From assembly GCA_013239625.1 (NCBI GenBank), contig MU054323.1, positions 6,623,220 through 6,687,219 on the forward strand: DNA of 64,000 bases, given 5' to 3'. This DNA comes from Lama guanicoe. Its lineage: Eukaryota. Positions 54,146 through 64,000 of this stretch are shown here, piece by piece. The stretch's first letter is position 1. The number at the start of each line of letters is the position of its first letter. The translations under genes and the position numbers were made by a program. The notes beneath the pieces are model-generated. The model was not told the DNA's origin and ran no database searches. It was given only the letters and a program-made list of their open reading frames with translations.

Positions 54146-55199
54146 GTGTTCATTGAAATTCTTGATTGCCATCATTTCTCTCCAACAATAGATCTCAACA
54201 TGCGAGTTAGTCTTGACCTCCCAGTGCCCACTCCTTTATGCCTTGTAATCATGCATCCACCCCTACTTCTCTGGGTGGCCAGGTGATTTTACTGTTCTCT
54301 GTGTTACCTCTTTTTGGCCAACCGAGGGCTCTTCTTCCTTTCCATGCCAACAGCAAGCAGCAGGCAAGCAAGACCCTTTAAATCTGTGACACTTGGTCTC
54401 AGAAAGCCTTCCCTCAGACTCATCCCAGCCAAAATCCCTCCTGCAGGAAGCAACTAACTAGTTGTTTGAACTTGGACAAGTCGTTTAGGTTCTCCAGGTC
54501 TCAACTGCATTATCTGTAATATGAGTAAGTTGCGTCAAGATCTCTTCCTGCCTTATATGAGTTTGTGAGTGTAGGAAATTAGAGGAGAGAAGAGCCAAGG
54601 GAGAGAGTGTCCCCAGCTTCTCCTGACCCTAGGGACAATAGGAAAGTGAGGAGACAGCACACTCTCTGATAGCTTAAGGAGAGGCTGGAGGGCAGTGATG
54701 AGGCTGGGCAACGGGGGAGAGTAGAGGGGCAAAAGAACGTCTTTTCTGGAATTGTAAGCTATAGACACTTGGAACAAGAAGCTGTGTGCAGGCTCTGAGT
54801 TTGTGCACCCAGGGTATGCTTAGTTTGAAGCATATCCTTGACACATGCTAGCTCCACAAATGGAAATATGTATACTTCCCTTTCCAAAAAGGAGCTATAT
54901 GGTACAAGCACCAACTATCATGTTAATTGAATACATGAAACTTCCCTATTAGAAGGTGAGTACCTTGAGGGCAGGAAGCCTCTCTTTTTCAGTCCTTATA
55001 GCTTCTCAGCTACCGTAGGAAGTAAGTGTTCAGTTTGTTCAATTGAAATGAAGAACATTCATAGATTTTATTCAGTTTGGTACTGGAGGGAAGTTCTGAG
55101 AGTAATCCAGAGTGATTAGTACATTGGATTATTTTAGCACTGATGCTAAATATATATATATATATTTTTTTCTACTTTAGATATTCTACTTAGATGAAA

Positions 55200-55340
55200 C
55201 CTCTCCTCATTTACTTATTTATTCATTTGTTGTCTATTTCTTCCACAATGTAAGCTTTTGAGGACAGAAATTGTTTCCCCTGCATCTTTGACAGTTAGAA
55301 TAATGCTTAGCACACATTGGGTTCTTAATAAATATTTACT
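55200..55340 (+). mobile_element. L2 3' end
   Basis: aatgtaagcttttgaggacag...gcttagcacacattgggttcttaataaatatttactgaatga. Confidence 0.75.
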
Positions 55341-56264
55341 GAATGATTGCATGAATGAATCTCTGGATGAAATCTCTACTTATGATTCTTGTATTTAAAA
55401 CCTTAGGGGCTGCCAGCCTGCATTTAGGACTGAGGAAGTATAGTTAGTAATTTCCCCTACTCTGCCTTCTTATCCCTTTCTTCTGCCCAAGTGGGAGAGT
55501 TTGGGCAGCCTTGGAAGGTGGGAGGGAAGGAGGAATGTGTCCACCCCACCAAGCTGAAAGAGGGGGACTTTGCACCAGGTAGCCACCCAGAAGATTCCAC
55601 AGCTGCCCGCTTGAATCTGCTGTTGTCTGCAGCTCAGTAGTGAGTGTGAGTGCAGGGAAGGTTTGGCCAGGGCATGGCCAGACCCACCGAAGTTATGGGG
55701 GTTCCACAGTGAGTATGCCCTCAGGAGGTCCTGCCGGGGGAGTTTTCAGCAGGGCACTAGTGGGTATCACCATGAGCTCTCACTGTATCAGCTGCCTTCG
55801 CAGAGGTCCTGTTCCCCAGCATCAACAGCTGGGAGGCCCCATCTTCATGGGAAAATTCAGTCACTATTGGTCAGCACAGATAGGAAAGAATGAATTGGTG
55901 TAACAATAGCTGTTAGTTTTACCAGTGTTTAAAGTGCAGTAGTGCAGGTTCTTCTTCTGAAAGCCAAATCTAATGAAAGACAAGGGGTGTTAGGTTTATG
56001 CTGAATGTGGAGGGCCCTGCCCTCAGTGAGCTCCCATGCAGGCTTGTGGAATCTAACCTAATAATTGTGGAAAGGGCATAACTCCTAGTAACCATTTCTG
56101 TTGCTCTCAGAAAGGCAGGCTGAACTATGAAGAGGGTAAAGTTCATCTCTGTTGGCCTATGACTTCCCTCTGTGATACTTACCTGTTTCAGTGCCCCCAC
56201 CTCCCCCAAATAGGAAGAAAACCACCTGCTTGACCTAAATTGTGAGCAGTCTAAAGCACATGTA

Positions 56265-56419
56265 GGGGGAGGGTATAGCTCAGTGGTAGAGTGTCTGCTT
56301 ATTATGTACAAGGTCCTGGGTTCAATCCTCAGTACCTCCATTAAAAATAAACAAACAAATAAATAGATAAATAAACCTAATTACCTCCCAACCCCCCCAA
56401 AACACTTAAAAAAATAAAA
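56265..56419 (+). mobile_element. tRNA-Ala-derived camelid SINE (Vic-1 type) with 12-bp TSD
   Basis: GGGGGAGGGTATAGCTCAGTGGTAGAG...GGTCCTGGGTTCAATCCTCAGTACCTCCA plus tail. TSD aaagca(ca/tg)tgta at 56253-56264 and 56420-56431. Confidence 0.95.
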
Positions 56420-57710
56420 AAAGCATGTGTAATTTGCTCTTCCTCCTCTATTTGAATTCTAAAAGAGGTTTGCTCAAATAAATGATTATGCCCTATGGTT
56501 TGACAACTTCCTTTGAACTTCCTTTGAGGATTTACATCTGAGGAAAGACTCTAAAAGCAAGAGGGAGGATAAAATACCCAGCGGGAAGAGAAAGTACCCC
56601 AAATTTGCAATAATAGGGAATGGTGAAATCAATACAGCCGAATACTCTACAACCCTTAAAATCCAAAAAGTTTGGGGCATGTATGTAATCTACAAGATGT
56701 AATGTTGGAAAATGAAACTAGAATCTAAAATAGTTTATGCACTGATTTCTTTTTTAGTTTACGTACTGATTACATGTCTGATTACTGATCTGTAAGAACA
56801 CGTGAATTTTTATATACTGATAAGGCATATATATCACAGCGATTCTATATCACTAATCTGTGTCTAGCTCAGTGCTTTGCTTGTAGTAGGTATTTAGCCA
56901 ATGTTTATTGAATGAATGAAGAACCAGAAGTAAATTTAGAGAAATGCTTGGAATTTATATTCATCAGATTTCTTTTACTGTAAGGCTGCTTAAATCGTAA
57001 CAAAAGAGTTTCCAAAAAGAAGATTATCTTTTCAACTTCATATATGTGAAAGGAAAAGGAGGAAATACCAAAATGTTAACAACAGTGGAGTCTTGAGCCA
57101 TGAGCTACAGGTAATGTCTGTTTTCATTTATCAAGTTCTCTGTATGCTCTTAATTTTCTATGATAATCATATCAGGAGAAACATAGGTTGAAAGGATCAT
57201 CCAGAGATAGCAAGTTACAAACCCAAAGGAATGAATCTCTGTTGTTGAAGTAGCAGGCACTCTGGTAAGCTTGGGCGTGAGGGTATGTCTGGCATCTCTT
57301 GAAGCACACAACACAGGCCACTGCCAATCCAGTCCTACATATACAACTGACAGTGACATTCAGACTTCAAAAGTGAGAAGCAGCCACTACAGCAAGTCCG
57401 ACTGAAGCCTACATATGTTGGGGAGGCATGCCTGTGTTTTACGTCGTTAATGCTTGGGAAAATAGAGGATAGTGCGTTCATTGCATTGTGCGGTTAGTAG
57501 TGAAAAATGATAACCAAAATGTCCGTCACAGAGACTATAATCCCCAAAATTCAGATGTAAAAACCAAAGGAATTTCATGGTACCTTCATCTTCTTAGTTA
57601 CAATTAGTGTCAATGGGTAATGTCCACCTTAGGAGAAGCAGGACAGTTGTTGAGACTAAAAGGTGTGAGGGGATCATTCAGAAAAGAAAGATTATCTTTT
57701 TTTTTTAAAC

Positions 57711-57786
57711 TTTTTTTATTGAGTTATAGTCATTTTACAAAGGTGTGTCAAATCCCAGTGTAGAGCACAACTTTTCCGTTATACAT
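57711..57786 (-). mobile_element. Very short young L1 3' stub (camelid-type) with TSD
   Basis: tttttttattgagttatagtcattttacaa...gtgtagagcacaa...gttatacat, flanked by gaaagattatcttttt at 57686-57701 and 57787-57802. Confidence 0.88.
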
Positions 57787-58095
57787 GAAAGATTATCTTT
57801 TTAAACATGATCACACCTAATTGCCATTGGGTCCAGGACACACTGGAGCTGCATATATCACCGGAGAATTCTCTACCAAGCATGAAGCAAGATGGTGTGC
57901 TAAGTAGTTAGCTCTGACAAGTGAATTGACTAACATAGAAACTAAGGATATTTTAGAAAAAAGCTGCTGTGTAATGTGCAGGAATAAAGTTACAGCAACT
58001 AATCAACAAGACCTGAGAAAGAGACCAGAAATCCTGTTATTTGATAACAGAACAAGATGACATAATGTTATTTATTTGACTTAAAAAAATCAACT

Positions 58096-60240
58096 AGAAG
58101 AAGTAAAATTGTCACTATTTGCAGATGACATGATTTTATAACTAGGAAACCCTAAAGACTCCACCCAAAAGCTGTCAGAACTAATAAACAAATTCAGTAA
58201 AGTCATAGGGTACAAAGTCAATATGAAAAATTGGTTGCATTTCTATACACTAACAACAAACTATCAGAAAGAGAAATTAAGAAAATCATTCTGTTTATGA
58301 CTGCATCAAAAATAATAATAATACCTAGCAATAGGAAGGCAAAATACCTGTACACTGAGAACTACAAGGTATTGATGAAAAAAATTGAAGACACAAATAA
58401 ATGGAAAGATATTCCATTCTCATGGATTAGAAGAATTGATATTGTTAAAATGTCCATATACCCAAAGCAATCTGCAGATTTAATGCAATCCCTATCAAAA
58501 TTCTAATGGCATTTTTCACAAAAACAGAACAGACAATCTTAAAATTTGTATGGAAGCACAAAAGACCTGGAACAGCCAATGCAATCCTGAGAAAGAAGAA
58601 GAAAGCTGGTGACAGTATGCCAATAGTATAGTATCATACTATACTATGCTATAGCCCCATAGTTTTAATAATCAAAACAGTATGCTATTGGCATAAAAAC
58701 AGACACATAGATTAATGGAACAGAACAGAGAGCCCAGAAATAAACCTATGCATGTACAGCCAATTCATTTATGATAAAGTAGGCAAAATATACAATGAGG
58801 AATGGACAGTGTCTTCAATAAATGGTGTTGGGAAAACTGGACAGTAACATGTAAAAGAATGAAACTAGATCACTATGTTACACCATACACAAAAATTAAC
58901 TCAAAATGGATTAAAAACTTGAATGTAAGACCTGAAACCATAGAACTCCTAGAAGAAAACAGCCAGTAAGCTCTTTGGCATTGGTCTTGATGATGATTTC
59001 TTGGATCTGACTCCAAAAGCAAATGCAACAAAAGCAAAAATAAATAAATGGGACCACCTCAAAATAAAAAGCTTTTGTACAGTGAAAGAAACCATCAGGC
59101 AAATGAAAAGGCAACCTACTGAATGGGAGAAAATATTTGCAAGTCATATCCAATAAGGGGTTAATATCCAAAATATATTTAAAAAACTCAGACAACTTAA
59201 TAGCAAACCCCCCCAAAACCCAAAAAACCCCAAAAACCAAAAACCAAAAAAAACAAACCAGTCCGATTAAAAAATGGGCAGAGGATCTGAACAGACATTT
59301 TTCCAAAGAAGACATTCAGATGGACAACAAGCATGTGAAAAAATGCTCAACATCACTAATCATCAGGGAAATGCAATTCAAAACTGCAAGGTGGTATCAC
59401 CTCACATCTATTAGAATGGTTATCATCAAGAAGACAAGCTATAACAAATGTTAGTGAAGATGTAGGGAAAAGGGAACACTTGTGGACTGCTGGTAAGAAT
59501 GTAAATTGGTGCAGCCACTATGGAAACAGTATAGAGATTCCTCAAAAAATTAAAACTAGAACTACCATATGTTCCAGCAAGTCCATTTCTGGATACTTGT
59601 CTGAAGAAAACAAAAACATCAATTTGAGAAGACTTTCATTGCAGCAGTATTTATAATAGCCAAGATATGGAAACAATCTAAGTGTCCATCGATGGATATA
59701 TGGATAAGGAAGAAGTGGTATAATATACAATGAAATACTACTCAGCCATAAAAATATCTTGCCATCTGTGACAACATGGACAGACTTGAGGGTATCATGC
59801 TAAGTAAAATAAGTCAGACAGAAAAAGAGAAATCTGTATGATTTTACTTATATGTGAAATCTAAAAAACAAAACAAACAAAACAAAACAAAGTCAATGTC
59901 ACAGATACAGAGAACAGACTGGCAGTTACCAGAGGGGATGGGGGTTAGAGAGTGGACAAAATGGGTAAAGGAAGTCAAGAGGTACAAACTTCCAGCTGTA
60001 GCATAAGTAAGTCATGAAATGTAATACAGCATGGTGAATATAGTCAATAATACTGTATTGCATATTTGAAAGTTGCTTAGGGAATAAAGTTCTCATCAGA
60101 AGAAACAATGTGTAACTTTATATGGTGACGGATGGTAACGACTTACTGTGGTGATCATTTCACAGTGTATACAAATATTGAATCATTATGTTGTGTGCCT
60201 GAAACTAATAAAATGTTATATGTCAATTACACCTCAATTT
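58096..60240 (+). mobile_element. 5'-truncated L1 (L1MA9-like): ORF2 from RT onward plus 3'UTR
   Basis: [16 protein letters not shown] motif at the 5' edge; KWKDIPFSWI and [18 protein letters not shown]. Probable TSD aaaaa(a/g)atcaact at ~58083-58095 and 60241-60253. Confidence 0.95.
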
Positions 60241-61039
60241 AAAAAGATCAACTTTCTGTGCAAAAAGTTTTGCCACTCAAATAACAGCTTAGAGTGTGCT
60301 AGAACTGAAAGAAACTCCAAGAAACAATTCAAAATCAGTATTATTTGGAGGCAAAAACCATTCAATTTGTTTAACAACAGCTAACTTAACAAATAATATT
60401 TTCAAAGTGTCAAAAAGAAATTTTTAAGATGCTCCAAATGAAACCCTGTGTTTATGTAATATCTATTCCTACTTAATATCACACACTAGGATGTGGTCAA
60501 TTTCAGCAGAGTTTAGATGCAATTTAAATAAAACAGTACCTTTATAGGCTCAAAATAAAGCAAGGCTATGTAAAGGGGTCAACATCCAATCTGGACTGCA
60601 AGGTGGAACCAGGATTCTATTGCTTTGGAAACAATAAAGTTAAGACAGATGCAGAATATTTGTCCAGAAACCCCTTTATCTAAAACTCTATGCCTGGGTT
60701 TTAAATCAAGGCTACATTTCTGTCAAAAAGGACTTAGATTCTCCAGGCAAGAGGTGGATACATAATTCTTACTGATATAGTTATGAACCTCAAAGTTTCT
60801 GATACTTAGGATTGTGAAGAACAAGGTTTCGCAGTGAGTAGGAAAGCAGTAGTCACTTGAAGAAAGCGGCTATTATGACACTTTACAGCTGCAGTATGTC
60901 CTTAGGGAACATTGCATCCTGTTAACTGTGCAGCTGGCTTTATCTGTGCCTATTCTTCCAGTTTGATGAATGGCCGGGCAGATTTTTACTTTCTTAGTTT
61001 GAGCTCATTTTTACTTTTTCATGGGCAATCCTAAGTGTG

Positions 61040-61225
61040 GAACACTATACTAAGTGCTTTGCATATATTATTTCATTCAGTCTTTGCAACAATCCTTTGC
61101 TGGCATCCTGTTTTACAGAGGAGGACACTGAGGCTTGGAGGTGTTGAAAGGGTTTGTTCAGGGTCATACCGCTGGTCAGTGGCAGAGCCGTTTCAAACCT
61201 GGGTCTGCCTAGCTCTAAACCTAAT
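61040..61225 (-). mobile_element. MIR SINE
   Basis: ctaagtgctttgcatatattatttcatt...ttttacagaggaggacactgaggctt...gtggcagagcc...tcaaacctgggtctg. Confidence 0.85.
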
Positions 61226-62429
61226 CTTCTTAATGTCTGTAATTCAAGCAAATGGAGAAATTAAAGACTATTCAAAGGAAAATTAACAAAATCCTTTTTT
61301 TTGTGGGGAAGTGGCAGGCTCATGCAAGGTAGGTAGGATCACAGATTGGAACAATTTTTCTGGAGGCCAATTTGGCAAATATGTAGTAAAAAAAATTAAA
61401 CACGTACCTTTTGAGCCAGCAATTAATATTCTAGGAATTTAACCCAAGAAAATAATTTTCAAACTGTGCAAAAGGGCAGGCATTAGAATTATAGAATTTT
61501 TTACAAAAAATAATACATACACAAACAAGATAACAAAAACAACGTAAACATTTTCCAGTAAGGGATTGATTAATTAAATGGCTAAAGAGACATACAATGC
61601 AAGAGTATTCAGCCACTTTAATGATGAAAATATGTTGTATAGTACAAGACACTGGATTATCGATGAGCATTTATAGTGTGTCTATTATGTAAAATTGAAT
61701 ACCATACTGTATTTGTATCTGTGAGTACACATGGTCAATATGCGGAAAGGTGTTCACTATGTTTTCTTCTGGTTCAGTAGAGGTTTTTTTTTTTTTTAAA
61801 CTGCTTTCTACTTTTCTTTATTGTTTGGTTATTTTATGAATCAAAACAAACAAAACTATTTGAAAAAAGAGTGTCAGTGTTAAGTCAGTTCTTGCCTCAG
61901 TAATTGGAGAGATGTTTCATACAACTAGCCAAATGTTTTATGCGACTAGTAATCTATTATGCCTTGGAGAAAATTCAACAGGTATATTACAGATCCTGGT
62001 CATATAACTAGCATGTTTCTAGTCCACTAAAGGATTAGTATTAATCTATGAGGTCAATAGGACCTGGACTAAAACCAGCTCTATCTGGGCAATAAAAGTT
62101 AAATGTTGTCTTAATCTTCATTTAAAAAAACCTGTTCAAAACATGTTCATTTAATTGGAGTCAGTCTATGATTGGCATTGTACTTTGGGAGTAAAGGAAC
62201 TTTTGCTTAAATAGCTAAAGTAAATGGATTTCAAAGAGGCTGTGTCGGGTTCAGGAAGCAATTCTAACTAATAAATCTTTGCCCCATATTAATGGTTCCT
62301 GGGGGTAGAGGGTTGGTTGGAGTTAAGGAAGTGGACCTGTTTAGGAAACACAGGTGGAGCCAGAGAGGTGTTAAAAATGACTAGAGAAGAGAAGACTAAT
62401 TGGGAAAGATAAAAGTGGGTTAGGAGAAC

Positions 62430-63225
62430 ATGAAAAGATGATCAGCATCACTAATCATTAGGGAAATGTAAATCAAAACTACGAGATACCACCTTACACC
62501 CATTAGGATGGCTACTATTAAAAAACAGAAAACAACTAGTGTTGGTGAGGATGTGGAGAAACTGGAACCCTTGTGCATTGTTGTGGGGATGTAACACAAT
62601 ACAGCTGCTGTGGAGAACAGTACGGACGTTCCTCAAAAAGTGAAAAATAGAATTACCATATGACCCGGCAATTCCACTTCTGGGTATATACCCCAAAGAA
62701 TTGAAAGTAGGGTCTCAAAGAGATATTTATACACATATGTTGATAGCTGCATGATTCACAATAGCGAAAACGTAGAAGCAACCCAAGTGCCCAACAACAG
62801 ATGAATGAATAAGCAAAATGTGGTGTGTTCATATGATGGAACATTACTCAGCCTTAAAAAAGAAGGAAATTATGTAATATGCTACAACATGGATGAATCT
62901 TGAGGACATTATGCCAAGTGAAATATGCCAGTCACAAAAAGATAAATACTATATGATTCCACTTATCTGAGGTACTTAGAGTAGTTAAAATCATAGAGAC
63001 AAAATAGAATGGTAGTTGTCAGTAGCTGGGGGATGGGGAGAATGGGGAGTTAGTGTTTCATAGGTAAAGATTTTCAGCTTTACAAGATGATAAGAGTTAT
63101 GGGGATGGATGGTACTGATGGCTGCCCAATGGTGTGAATGTATTTAATACACTGAACTGTACATTTAATAACAAGGTGGTAAATTTTACATTATGTGTAT
63201 TTTAACACAATCAGGAAGAAAAAAA
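62430..63225 (+). mobile_element. L1 (L1MB-like) 3' portion
   Basis: catcactaatcattagggaaatg...gaattaccatatgacccggcaattccacttctgggtatatacccc...ctgaactgtacattt plus A-rich end. Confidence 0.92.
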
Positions 63226-64000
63226 GCACATTATAACTGTTTTGGCAAGTGATTATGAAAGTAAAGAGTAAAAAGCCAAAGGGTCTTACTTATGAAGTAG
63301 TCTCACCCTAGAAAAGTTCTTTCTTTAGCATTTGTGGATGGCAGTATAAATAATGCCTTAAATTTCACCCATCATTCAACAAAATCTCTAAACTGCCTGT
63401 CCTGAGGATGCTTAAAAGTTAATTAAGACACTGGGCTGCAGATTGGGTGGGGGGCTGGAAGAAGGAGATGCAGGTGTTATTAACAGTTGAAGCAGTGGAA
63501 GCAAAAGGAAGTCGGTCTAAGTGAGAAGAGAGGCAGGGAAAAAATACAACCTGGAGGATATCAACATTCTATGGCTCTGTAGAAAAGGAGCAGCAAAGAA
63601 AAGTGCTAGCAAAGGTAAGTTCAGAAGACAGATAAAGACAGAGGAGAAGGATGTAGAATACAGTATCAATTGCTGCAGAGAGGCCAAATGGTGGGGGGAC
63701 TGAAGGATCTGCTGGGCCTGGCAATCAGCAGTGACTAGAGTGTAGCCCCAATAGGAGACAGTATTACCTATACAAGTGGCTCATTTGTAGGCATCTTCAC
63801 ACAGCCTAGATTAGACTAGCTTGGGAGGTAAATCCTACAGAAGGGGATTAACCTGGTAAATGAGAGGTAGGTAGCTCCGGGTATTTTCAGGGATTATTGG
63901 GGGTGAGGACTCTGGACTAGAGATTCTGCTAAACCTGGTGAGGGCAGGAGTTAATGAAATGCATCAAGGGTCCCAGTAACAAGTCTTTGACAAGAATCAA

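Noticed and set aside
58231..59454. Active L1 ORF2
   Set aside because: 5'-truncated within the RT domain and broken into short ORFs by stops and frameshifts.

Overview
Repeat-dense mammalian DNA, almost certainly from a camelid (camel, llama or alpaca): it carries six tRNA-Ala-derived SINEs of the Vic-1 type and a young camelid-type L1 3' end. I see no intact protein-coding gene, CpG island or RNA gene that I can recognise, so the window looks intergenic or like part of a very large intron. The clearest features are (1) a full-length processed RPL15 retrocopy on the minus strand (52349-54145) with a perfect 18-bp target-site duplication (TSD), a 5'TOP tract, one 1-nt frameshift and an unusually long ~1.1-kb 3'UTR, and (2) a Tigger2-family DNA transposon fossil with a complete but disrupted transposase (9125-~12165). 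There is also a Charlie1-type hAT fossil and many L1, L2, MIR and MLT1 fragments, several with readable TSDs and nesting. A few splice-site-bounded candidate exons in unique sequence are reported at low confidence. I found no convincing new biological system. The most interesting items are the RPL15 retrocopy (long-UTR isoform fossil and a flank-initiated 228-aa chimeric ORF) and small traces of retrotransposition mechanics. Repeat subfamily names come from recalled consensus sequences and need a Dfam/RepeatMasker check.
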